50,017 nt of DNA from Chromera velia (lineage: Eukaryota): assembly GCA_018398765.1 (NCBI GenBank), contig JAHBMJ010000323.1, positions 1-50,017 on the forward strand, written 5' to 3'. Made by a program: the position numbers and the translations under genes. Each line of letters opens with the position of its first letter. The stretch's first letter is position 1. Under the pieces are notes generated by a model. That model made no database searches and was not told where the DNA came from. It saw only the letters and a list, made by a program, of their open reading frames with translations. Below are positions 16,645-28,263 of this stretch, one piece after another.

Positions 16645-17791
16645 GGAGAGAGAATGTTGAAAGGAAAGCAGCGTCGGCAGTGCCTTTGGGAAAGGGACGG
16701 AAATGGGAAGGCGGGAGTGATGTGAAGTGAGGGTGGGTGCATGTGGGGGCATTTGCCTACGCTGACGACGACAGTGTCCGTTGATGTGTGTAGGTGGTAA
16801 CTTACTTGCTCTGTGCATGCATAAATGAATGAATGAGAAGATGAATGGACTATTCAAAAGAAAAGAAAGAAGAATCGCCGAATTCGTTCACTCGTTCGTT
16901 TTGCTTCAGTCTTGTCTTCCTGTCATGTCTTTCTATTTACACTTACGTTAACGTGAAGGAGAGGACCGAAAGCCCGAGTCCCTTCCTGATCCTGATCGAT
17001 TTGCATGGAAAAGAGAAGAGAGGTGAGTCGAGTCAAGGATTGAATGGACTGGGCGGGAGGTGTTGGGGAGCACGGTTGCATATGCGAAAACAGGGCATCG
17101 CAGCGGTAGTCCCCTCAGGAGCGGCACCTCTAGCTGTATTGCGCCCCTCCTCTCTCTATGCATGGTTCTCTTCTCTGTATACGGAGAAGGGACAAAAGAA
17201 GGTGAGCAAGAGAGGAGAGGGTATCTATTTCCAAAGCCAGCCAGCGTCAGCTTGTCTGTCGTTCTGATTTCTGTTTGTAAAAGAGGTCGGCGTCTGATTA
17301 GAGAGTGAGGGAGGGAGGGAGGGGAAAGGAAAGGAGGCAGCAAGCAAGTTTTCACTCTTTTTCGACTGACTGACAGGGACAGAGACAAGTCGGTTGGTTG
17401 GTTGATTGTTCCATGTAAGAGAATTCAAACATCGCATCGCACGTGTGCAAAGCTGCGACCGAGACATCTAATCTCATTCTCAGCCTCAATCAGTCTCCAC
17501 AACTTTTTCTTCACTCCGCCTGTCGCTCTTCCCCGCCACCTTTCCTTGTCATCCTCCGTTCCTTCCCCCCTTCACCTCAAGGAAAGGCGACCCATTTGAT
17601 CCACTTCTAACGGTGCAGGGCAGAAAAAGAAGAAACCAGAAGGGAAGGAAGCTAGGGCTACACGCCACGCAATGAGACAAAAAAAAAAAGTCGGTGTGTC
17701 TGCCTTTCCCTTCGCCTCATCGCAAACTCGACTTACTGGAAGAGAAGGATTCAGTTTTCGAAGGACGGTCAAGCTGTTTGCAAACCGATTG

Positions 17792-17830
<39 letters not shown>

Positions 17831-19690
17831 CATGCCTGCAAGATCAAACCAGACCAGACAAGAAGAGCGGTCCATGCACCCTTCTGTGGCACTCCAAATG
17901 CCCAAAGACAGTCGGAAGGGGTTGGGGAGAGTGATGCGTTCTCTGTTATTTACTGTTCCTTCTTCTGGACCAAACAACGAATCCAAGCACCTCCGGAAGG
18001 CCCGTTGGTGCTCAACTTAGGTAGAAGAGAAATGGTCGCTTCACACCTCCTGCAATCGTATCAAAGCCGCAGAAGAGAAAAGTCATCTTGAGGGTCTTAC
18101 AGGACCGTTAGATACTCTGGGGCATGCATTTCGTCAATGAACGTGTCGGTCGAGATCGCGGCTGTTGCAGCCCTTCAGAATTAGGCTGCATCCCTCTTTC
18201 TGCATGCTCCGCTAAACCTTCATCTATGAGTCGGCTTGCTATGTCAAAATAGTGAAAATAGTAAAAATGGTGACTATTTTTACTATTCGCTACGTCGAAT
18301 AGTAAAATAGTTCATAATAGTTAGCCATTTTTATTATTTTAATAGTAAAATAGTGCTTTTACTATTAAAATAGTAAAAATAGCTAACTATTTTCTACACA
18401 GTACGGTTAGGAGTTACTAGAGGAGTTACTACCGGGCCCTTTGGGGGGGCGGCGAGTTACCGTCACTTTGGTAACCATGGGGCGGTAACTTAGGGGCCCA
18501 AGGGCCCCTACCACTACGGTGGTAGTTCGGGCCAAGACCCCGGCAAAGGATACAAAAAAAGCGTGACGTATGCATGGATTGAAAAAAAATCCGTCTCCTT
18601 CAAATCCGTTTCAACTTTCGAATTCAAAATCAATTTTCAAACGAAGGTCAACCTTACTTATGGTCAAAATTATGGAATCGTTTCTCTTCTGTCCCCTGTT
18701 AGAGCAGACAAACAATTGACGAAGGCTTCAGTTCGGCAGTGATCAGTGCTTTCTCATGCGCACTGTATGTGGAAAACTGGGAAACAACACTGAGTAGTCC
18801 ACTTTTTCCTAGTTTACTGTTCACTGTGTCTAGCGGTTTTCGGTTTTTTTGTCTTGTCGTGAGATGCAGTGTAGTGAAGTTTTTCCTTCCTCCTCTCTCC
18901 CCTCTCATTCTTCGTTCTTCTTTTTTCTTTCCTGTGTTTTTGCGGCCCGCTTCTTGATTCCTTCATTCTTCGTTCTTCTTTTTTCTTTCTTGTGTTTCCC
19001 TCCTGCCCAGAAGAGGCAAGCCACGCATCCACTTCAAGGCTGACCGGCCGCATAAGTCTGGGTAGAAAGGCAGCGACATACCGATCTCCCAGTCACCCCT
19101 CAATGTTGCATTCGTTAGCTAGATTCGTTGGAGTTTGAGTCAGAGCGGAAGTGCAGTCACTGCACAGTTATTCATGTGCATCGCGGTGCATCCCAGACAT
19201 ACCAAAGCCGAGCCTTGTACGGCAGGCTCATACAGTTCTCATTCAATGACGTTGGTCTTCTTATGAGGAAGTGTAGTTACGGTTACTCAACACACTGAGC
19301 TGAGTACAGAGGTCGACGCCTTGCACAGCCCTAACAGGCCTTACTAAGTGACCTTGACTGTCTGGTTTACACAGTCCGGACATTCATATTATGCATCATC
19401 ACACAGTTGGACAATCAACGCTCGCACTGCAGCATCATAATGCCATTCTTCATAGACTTTGAGATAGATTAATATCTTAGACCTAAGAGTTTAACAACAT
19501 TGGCGTTTACTCTGTAGCCTCTGTTGATTCTAGATTTGATGGTAAAACTAGGTAAAACAGGTTTAAAGTTGACTAGTATTATAGAAAATATGCAGTACTA
19601 CCACTACCATGGTCATGGTACTAAAAACTACTACCGTAACCGTGAAATTGGTAACCCGGGTGGCCGTTAGCATCCTACTATCGTTACTCC

Positions 19691-19926
19691 AGAAATAATA
19701 TGGATTAATCTGGACGACTATCAGACACACGGACTCTCATATGCAAAGTCGTTACGACTGGTAAGAGACTGACATTATGACAAGGTACAACGATCCTTCT
19801 GTATCTTGCAGGTATCTGTATCATATGATTGATAATACAGATCCTATGAGGATAACGTCAGATTCAATCATCCCTGGCACCCCTGACATCTCCATTCTGA
19901 GACTGTCATGAATCTAATTCACAACT
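19691..19926 (-). repeat. 3' LTR
   Basis: Ungapped match to 24572-24807, about 21 mismatches in 236 nt by eye. Confidence 0.93.
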
Positions 19927-19958
19927 CACCCCCTCATGACAGGCGAACGATCCACACT

Positions 19959-22900
19959 TCAATCATAGATCGATTGACCAAAAGCAATAGGCTTGGTGAG
20001 TGGATTGGCTGCCTGAATCTCATGAGGGATCCAAACAACGATGGCAGACAATTGCTTGCATCTCTGAATGCACCAGTCGAGAACATGCTGCATCTCCGTG
20101 TCTGAATCTGCCACCCCCGATCTAAACTGATCATGCAAAGGGTTACAGTCAATCAAGAACTGAACGGGTATGTCTTTCTGAAAATTCCGGCCAAAAGAAA
20201 TCAGTCGAGGCACACGCTTGAGGCACTGCTCAAACCCAACCAATTCTGAAGCTGTGGAGCTGCCCAGCTTGACGGTCGAACGCATCGAACGCCATGTGAA
20301 AATGTTGAACAATTCATCTCCTGGCTTCCAGACATGATCAACGAGAAGAACAATCTATGCATGCCTTCCTTCGTATGTGTCTTTCTCATGAGAGGAATCA
20401 ATGAAGAAAACCATCTTAAGAAGAGGAGAGCGAGACAGACGGCAGAAATTCAGACCTTCTAGATCTTTCTTAATTTCGTGCAGGATTCTGACAGCAATCA
20501 CGAGATGCCTGTGGGTCGGTGTCTTCCCATAGCGAGAAAAAACATCGTACCACACACGACGGAAAGGAGAGAGACGTCCCCCCCAACCCAGACACCCGAT
20601 CATACTGCTGTAGATGTCTTTCAGAGACAGATCTGGTTGCTCACCTTCCTGTAGATGAAAATCCTTTTCTTTGCATGAAAACGTGCCCCCCACTCCTCCT
20701 CGAGGGATCTTGTATTCTTGAAACAGTTTGTCTGTGTCCACCCCCTCAAGATACGAAGACATCGAGACTCTGCACTCCCCTTTGTCTCCTTCAAAGTCCA
20801 TTCCCACATACTTGAATTTGTATAAAGCCATATCAAGCTTCGTCATTTTCCCAAACTCCATCTCCCCCTGCAGATGTCGTATCACCCTCTCAACCTGCCC
20901 AAAAGCAATCAGACCAAAAACGTCATCAATCCAATTGATGAGAACATTCTTCTCTTTATCAACTGCAATCCCTAACTCTATTTTCTCAAACCCTGCCCGC
21001 CCCGTTGTCCCAACCCACTTGTTGTCAAAAAGTTTGGACAAGATAGGCATGCCGTAGAGACCGCGAACAACCTCTCGGATCTGTCCAGGCAAGAGAGATC
21101 TGGCGTACTCTTTCACTCTCTCCCACTTCTTGGGCTTCATGTCTGGACAGGGGCATACGTCTGGGATCGGAGGCATCCACATAGGCATGCGCGTGTAGAC
21201 TCTCTCTGCATTCGTGTCGGTAGACTGAAGGAACGCCCCCTTCACATCCCCTACAAAAATCTACAAAGCGCACGCGAGTGCCCAGATCATGCAGAAAAAG
21301 ATCAAAGCAGGGACAGGAGTACCTGTGAAGGTATCGATCTTTCTCTTATCCTGGAAACCCTTCCCGAAGCATCGGGCTTTTAGCACTCTCTTTGTCGCTG
21401 TGGGGGGAGAGTGACTGGGAGATGGACTTCCGTTCTTTCCTTCCTTCACCTTTCCTTTCTCTGTCTCTTTCTCCTTCCATGTGAGCCTCCAGCTAAGATC
21501 CATCGCCATCTTGGCCTCTTCCCTCGGAACCGCCCTCCCAAACACCTCCTGCCCACAGATGTTCTGGAGCCACTCATCTCTCATCGCCTTATTGAACTTC
21601 CCCTCCCTCACCTCTTCTTCCTTTACTAGAATGTTGGTGGAGCCTTTCTTGAAATCAAAGGCTGCCAGCGTCTCCAATAATTCCGAATACATTGACCCTT
21701 GTTCTGCCCCCCCCTCGTGCTGAGGATTTCTGAGAAGGTCGGAACCAAACAAGGAGTCATCAGGAGGAATGCCATCAGGGTGAGGGGCTGCGGGTATATC
21801 CCCACCTGCGTCTGGCGGCACCCCCTCATTCACAACACCCTGCTGCTGTGCGGACAGACCGACACCAATCGGAGGGGGGCCTGGAGAGACTTGGGATTCG
21901 ATCTTGGCAGGCAGACGGTCGTCTACGAAATCGAAATAACGCAGTACTTGCTGTTTCTGAATGGGATTCGGCGCTATTCCCTCTGCACGCCACTTCTCAC
22001 TCCCATCCCCCACTGGCTGGAGCCATGCTGCAGGGATGAACTTGTGATACGCTTTCCCTGTCTGCATCATCACAAGACACCTGCCATTCGCTTCCACAAG
22101 CAAACCTGTGTACTTCCTCTGGCTATCTCCCGAAGGGCCCGCTCCCTGCTGTGGAACCTCTGCCTGGACTTCTATTCCCAGATCCTGGTCGTCGCCTCCT
22201 ATGCCTGCTGCACCCCTCCCGTCCTCTTGAGCAGTGGCTGCCCCCCCCTGAATCGCACCGATCTGCAGAGGAGCCCCACAACCCTGTGGATGGGCGGCAG
22301 GAAGGTTCTGACCAGAAACCTGATTCCGTTGAGTGCGGATAGGTCTCTCAGCGAACCCCAAAATCCTTTTGATTCCAGTCGGGGCCCTTTCTGGGAGGAT
22401 GGGTGGGCTGAACGACCTGCAGGTTTCGATGAACTTACTCCCAATCAACTCGGGGCCCCTGTCTGTGAGGATCTTCTTAGGAACGACACCGTAGTAATCG
22501 ATCCAATCCATCAAGGAATCTGCAGCATCACGGCGGCCACGCATCGGAGTGTCAAACTTGCTACAGATGTGGAGATCTGTCCAAAGATTCCCATACAGGA
22601 ACCCACTGACCTCTGTATCCTCATTCCTAGGAAACCACGTGTCCAAATACACCTCATCCCCGAATTCCTTCACCTTGCTTCTTCGGCTCTTCTCCCAAGT
22701 CGTTGCCCTCAACGATTTGTTAACTGCCTGCTTCTGCTGGCAAGTCCGGCAAGTGGCAGTAATCTCTGCTGCCATGGCTGCTGTGATGGACTTTCCGTCC
22801 TTTTCGAGGGTGAGACGGAAATATTTAGCTCCTGAATGGATGCCGAGACGATCGTGCTCGACTCTCGCCTCCTCTATGTCCAAACGACGCAGCTCAAGCT

Positions 22901-24524
22901 ACACACACAGAGCCTACCTACCACCACCCCACTCACGGTCGAACTCTGCTTCCTTTTTCTTCGCATTAACAGGGAGAGGAAAGGAAAGGATCTGAGAGCA
23001 GCAGTGGCCATTCGGTGCATCAACAGTGACACGATGTATAATACCACGGACATCTCGCACATCAAAGTACGACGGCGTCTCACCTGACCTATCAAACGCT
23101 GCGCAGGCATCATATGTGACCAACGTAGGAACATCGTCATCTGTGAGGTAGAGATATGTGTGGAACAGCCCACCCGTCTCGTTCTCTAGAATCATGGTGC
23201 CGATCCCATTGACATTGATCCAAACACGCTCAGACGTTTGGCGGCCATCGCCGTCGCACTTTGCAACGCCGACGCGTGCGGAGTACGGCTGTTCCTGAAC
23301 CAGAACTCCAGCTCTCTGCAACCTCCCACGATTCCCCGTTCCCCTCTCGGTACCCGTGTCTACCATGGCCCGTCCGACATCATGCCGACAGTTCGTACAC
23401 TGATATGTGACACAGTTTGATGATTGCTGGAAATCAAACGCTGTGTGAGGGGAAGGGCGGAAGTTGGGCATATCATACTCTCCGATGACGAACTCACCCG
23501 GGTTACCCGGATCTCCTCGAACATGGTTGACTGTTTGTTTCTTCTTTGACTTGGGTGGGGCGGCATTCTTCTCTACCATACACCTGCTGCACCTGCAGGT
23601 TGGCTTCTAGTGGCCCAGACGACCACAGCACTTGCACTCATTCCCCTCTTTGAGTGATTCGCATGTACTGGGGTTCTTGCAGCTGCTCCGACCACAATGC
23701 CAACACTTCTTTTCGGAATTCGAGACAAGGTTGCCTTTCGGCTGAGACGAGTTGTTTGACTTCTTCGGGAGACGGGTGTTGTTGGGTTTTTCTTTGTGTA
23801 GGAGTCCCATCCCACCTCCAACAAACAGTGCAATCTCTTCTTTCACGACGGTCTGTATATCCCCCTGCTTCTTGGGTGCAAGCCCTTCCTTCCGCGGGGC
23901 AAACTCATCTCCGTGTACTGTCTTGCACATCTCAGTGAGTTTCTGAATGAGTACATCTGGATCCTTCAGCTGTGCGGATGTGAGAGTTGCCGACCAGACA
24001 TCCTGCATCGACTGGGACAGGGATCTGAGTACTGCATTGGCCCTCTTCCTCATGAGAACTTCCCTTTTGAGACTATCGGTACGGGTTACCAGGTTTCTAT
24101 ATTGATTAATCACCTCAGTCCCGGTTGATCTGCTCAAAGCGGGGAAAGTCTCCCATTCTCTTTCTACCTTATCGCGTTTCTTTTCATCGTTATCCTCCCC
24201 CGATGACTTGAGGGTATCAATAAGGGCCTTTTTATACTTATCGTACTCAATACTCCCGTTGGCATTGTCATAGTCACCCGCTTTCCCCTTCTAAAATACG
24301 TTGTCTATGACCACCCCTACCCTAGGGTGTCCTTTTGTTGACCGATAGAGCTGGTCGCATGTCCAACGATCCAGCTTCACCCCGTCAAGGTCTACTTTTC
24401 CATCCAAAATCGAAAGGAAGGAGTCGTAAAACCTCGAAAAGGTATTGACCTCATTGACTGCCAAGTCTTTATCGGGTTTGTCGATGAAGAGAGGGAAGAC
24501 GAGCTTCCCGTCCGTTGCAAACAT
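19959..24524 (-). pseudogene. Gag-Pol polyprotein in one frame with six premature TAG stops
   Basis: Zn knuckle CKCCGRLGH*KPTC; protease VDTG; integrase HDRLGIH..CRTC, DTW, TDRGPE, AERPIR; RT LKARCFGKGFQD, DVKGAFL, GLYG, WIDD; RNase H FIDSS, STASEL, IDC, NPLTK. Confidence 0.9.
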
Positions 24525-24571
24525 TTGCACAGCCTACTCCAAACCTCTTTTACTCTCACTGGCGTCATACC

Positions 24572-24807
24572 AAAAATAATATGGGTTAATCTGGACGACT
24601 ATTAGACACTTGGACTCTCATATACAAGGTCGTTACAACTGCTAAGAGACTGACATTATGACAAGGTACAACGATCCTTCTGTGTCTTGCAGGTATCTGT
24701 ATCATATGATTGATAATACAGATCCTATGAGGATGACGTCAGATTTAGTTACCCCTAGCACCCCTGATATCTCTATTTTAAGACTGTCATAAATCTAATT
24801 CACAACT
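24572..24807 (-). repeat. 5' LTR
   Basis: Direct repeat of 19691-19926; followed on the minus strand by a PBS-like sequence. Confidence 0.93.
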
Positions 24808-25101
24808 ACTCCTAAGCGTATTGTGTACTATTTTCTAACTATTTTACTATGTGGCGTAGCAAATAGTATAAATAATAACTATTTGAACTATTTTTACTAT
24901 TTTTTTAACTATTTTTACTATTTTAAATAGCTTGCCGAGTCAATACCGACTCATAGATATTAATTCTATATTCCTACTTATTGTTAATATTATTTTATTT
25001 TTTTAAAAGAAGTTTAAAAGAACTGTAGTGATAGTGAGAGTGATTTAATTAGTGCCCTATAGCTAGGTAGAGCACTGTCGCCATTCTATCAGATTCCCGG
25101 C

Positions 25102-26395
25102 CTGAAGAATGTTTGGTAAAAAAGTCTAGTTATACCAGACATTTTGACTTACCTTTTTGAAAAGTTAACTCACCATTTTGAAAAAGTCCAGTTGATGGAT
25201 TTTGAGAAGTGTATAGAGTATGAATTAAGCTGAAATTTTGCGTACAAAGTGGGCTTAAAGCGGCTAGAAACAAACATTAACTTTTGGGAGAAGCACATTT
25301 TAGGTCCGTTTCTAGCATGTCCGCCTCATTTTTAACCTTCCTTCCATCTACACAACAGTGCAACACTCCTCGCTACATCGCAACACACTAAGTTCTATTC
25401 GATCAATCACTCTTTTGTGGTTCTGAATCAGTCGTCCATGAGGATAAGTGCGCTGCTGAATCTACCCATCTCTCCCCATTCGCGTGCATGGCCTCGCGTG
25501 TTCCTGATACACGCACTTACTGCCCGTAGATGGGCAACTTGCAGCCGTGCTCAGATTTGTGCACACACCTTCCCATACCCCTGCCTCCACTTTTTATTCA
25601 ACAGTCCCGCCAGCCTGCACAGCAATGTGTTGGCTTCCTTGTAGAGTGTGTCATCCACCAGGCTCATTAGTGGGATAAAGTCGTATCCTTTGTCCTCACA
25701 TGCCCCTGCGTGCTTCGTTTTCTTCTCTTGGGCTTGGAAAGAGAGGACGGCGGTCCAGGGGGTGTCGTCTTTGGAAGTGGCATACGGGTTGCTTACCCTT
25801 GTATCGAAAATTGCCTGCCTCTGTCGGACGTACGCCCCCCGCATCTGGAAGTCCCCTTTTAACACTGGGTATCCCGACACTTCTCCTTCCTCCCGGATAA
25901 TAGGTTCACGACCATTCACTGCCCGCTCTGGGTACGCGTCAGCTGCTAGTCCAGCCTAGATGGCGTTGACATCATTGTGGCGCAGGGTGACAAACCCCCC
26001 CACCTTACAATTCAGGGTATGTTCGTTTAAAGGCCTTTGCCATTTTTTTTTTTTAATTTTCATAACTAAAACTAGTCTAGAAGAAATGTTTAGTTGTCAA
26101 AAATGGTAACTTAATTACCAAAATTTATTAATAAAATTCCGGTAAGTTGTCTTTTTGATTTACCATTTTGGATAACCGGACATTTCTTATAAAAGGCCTT
26201 TAAAAGTTAATGTTTGTTTCTAGCCGCTGTAAGCCCGCTTTATACATAAAATTTCAGCTTCATTCATACTCTATATACTTTTGGAGATCCACCAACCAGA
26301 CTTTTTCAAAATAGTAAGTTGACTTTTCAAAAAAGTAAGTCAAAATGTCCGGTAACTGGCCTTTTTTGCCGGACATTCTACCGGACATTCTTTAG
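25102..26395. mobile_element. Foldback/MITE with ~180-bp inverted arms, interrupted by a non-LTR fragment
   Basis: 25106-25285 is the reverse complement of ~26202-26379; the left arm resumes (AAAGGCCTTT) after the insertion. Confidence 0.75.
25286..26025 (-). mobile_element. 5'-truncated RLE-type (CRE/R2-like) non-LTR retrotransposon: end of CCHC, restriction-like endonuclease, 3' UTR
   Basis: EHTLNCKVGGFVTLRHNDV, KGDF, IFDTRV, EKKTKH, FIPL, I*ARLQVAHLRAVSACIR; two stops; possible TTT TSD. Confidence 0.8.
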
Positions 26396-27386
26396 AGAAG
26401 TCGCTCCTGCATCAGACCTGCGAATGGTAAAGGTGCGCCCCATAATGGCCCCCATTGCTGAGGCTTCAGTCCGTACCCCGCAGCCTGCCTAGGGGTTCCT
26501 CCAGACCGTCAACGACCAACATTCTTTGTTAATTCACTTTGCACTGGCATGTTCTTGGTTAGGAAATTGGGAACTGATTGCTAATGCATGCTGATTCAGA
26601 ATCTAAAGATCGATCCAATCGAATCCAATTGCAAACAATGCCTGGACATCTGTGCTTTCTGTACACGCTAAATTTCAATCTTCTCTTTCACCTTCCTCCT
26701 TCTTTGTCCTTTAATTCTTCTTGCTTCTTCCATTTGATCCAGTATTGTTTTGTATTCCTTTCTTCTTTGAAGTTCTTTCTTCCCCCTCTCTCTAGCCCTC
26801 TCTTTTTCTCTTTGTGATGGCTTTATGCTTCTGCGCTAACACTGTCTCATCTAGCTAATAGGCTGTTTGCCCCATACCATCCCCATATGTTCCCGAACTT
26901 TCTTCAAACACTCGTCTCCTGAATGCTACGTTCCCCAAATTTAAAATTCATCCACCACTGCATATCGTTCGTTCAGCAGAAATGCAAAAAGAACGTGTGT
27001 ATCCTAAATTTTTTCTTCTTGTCTACTGTTTTTCCTTTCTCTGTATGCCTCTCTTGCCTTCAGGCTGTCTTCTCCTCGGCGGAAGACATTAAAAAATAAA
27101 AGATTAAATACATGTCAATTTTTCATTTTGTTTTTATTGATTTATTGACCTCGTTCGACTTCGTGTCAAAGAGAAACAGACTAGAAGATCCACTCGTTTG
27201 GTTGGTGATGCTACAGGACATCAGAGGCTAGATGATGGTCAACTAGAAGGCAGATATCAGTGATTGACTTCTGTTGGCAGTGTTGGTAGTCAGAGCCGTC
27301 TCCAAGAGTTCAGGTCTAAGGCTAGAGTCCAAAGACAATCTGAATCCATCTGAATCTAAAATTTGAACGAATTTGAATCATGACGA

Positions 27387-28223
27387 TCCGCATCACTGAG
27401 ATAACTTAATAATAATTATTTCATATTATAGGAAATGTATAATTATTATTGCATTATTATTTAACGACTATAATAATTATTTAAAGAACATTCCTGAAAA
27501 TCGATAATAATTATTTCTATTACATAATGGATGTAATAATTATTTATACACTTCAATGAGTCTCAACTGATCAAAAACGATCTGTATGATAATCATGATG
27601 ATTTATTTGACTAGTCATTTGAAAAAGTTTAATCCTAGATTTTACCATGTCATTTCTATCACTTCAGTGAAATCCATCAATCTATCCTCTAAGTTTGCTG
27701 CGGCTGTCTGCATCAACTCGATTGTCTGGCATGATTCGGATACGATCTTTCACAGAGCAGACAGGGAAAACTGCATGGTCCCTAAGCTCTACATACTTAC
27801 ATGTCGGAATAAGTTTAAACCTCGGCCAACTTTTCCTTTCATGTTTTCCGCAGATTCTGCTCAATTATGGAGGGGCGGAAGGAATTACACTTCAACCGGG
27901 AAAGCCCGTTTCGTTTTTTACAAACATGTACGCAAAGACCCTTGAGTAGGGCAAGATGCTTCCCGAGTGTTACTTCAAGACCGTTGCGCCTGATAGGTTT
28001 AGGGGGGTGACTGCGTCGGAGACAGCATCAATGATCCTTTATGTCGCGAAGGTTAGGAAAAGGTAGAAATCTGTCTGGCTCCCCCTCTCTCTAAGACTTC
28101 CTTCCTTCTTTCCTACCTTCCTTCCTTCCTTCCGGCCTTCTTTCCTCCCTTCCTTTCTTCCTTCCTTCTTTCTTTCTTCTTCTCTCTCTCTCTTTTTCCC
28201 CTCTCTGTGTGTGAGTATGCATG

Positions 28224-28263
<40 letters not shown>

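Larger units (their letters stand above)
19691..24807 (-). mobile_element. Full-length Ty1/copia-type LTR retrotransposon, inactivated
   Basis: 236-bp LTRs 19691-19926 and 24572-24807; ACTCC TSD (19686-19690, 24808-24812); PBS-like (T)GGTATGACGCCAG; PPT GAGGGGGTG; domain order gag-PR-IN-RT-RH. Confidence 0.93.
18397..24825. mobile_element. Middle TIR element with TA duplication (Tc1/mariner-like, non-autonomous)
   Basis: TA|CACAGTACGGTTAGGAGT at left; ACTCCTAAGCGTATTGTG|TA at right. The right TIR region is split by the LTR element at ACTCC. Confidence 0.65.
18221..24959. mobile_element. Outer non-autonomous TIR DNA element (CATC termini, TT flanks) hosting nested insertions
   Basis: CATCTATGAGTCGG at 18221 and CCGACTCATAGATA at 24946-24959; inverted subterminal AATAGT-rich blocks (~18248-18312 vs ~24836-24900); TT on both sides. 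Confidence 0.7.

Noticed and set aside
21699..22835. 378-aa plus-strand ORF
   Set aside because: Antisense shadow of the retroelement integrase region.
26578..27070. Lys/Glu-rich minus-strand coding-like stretch (similar one at ~18700-19050)
   Set aside because: Broken by stops and low complexity; cannot be assigned.
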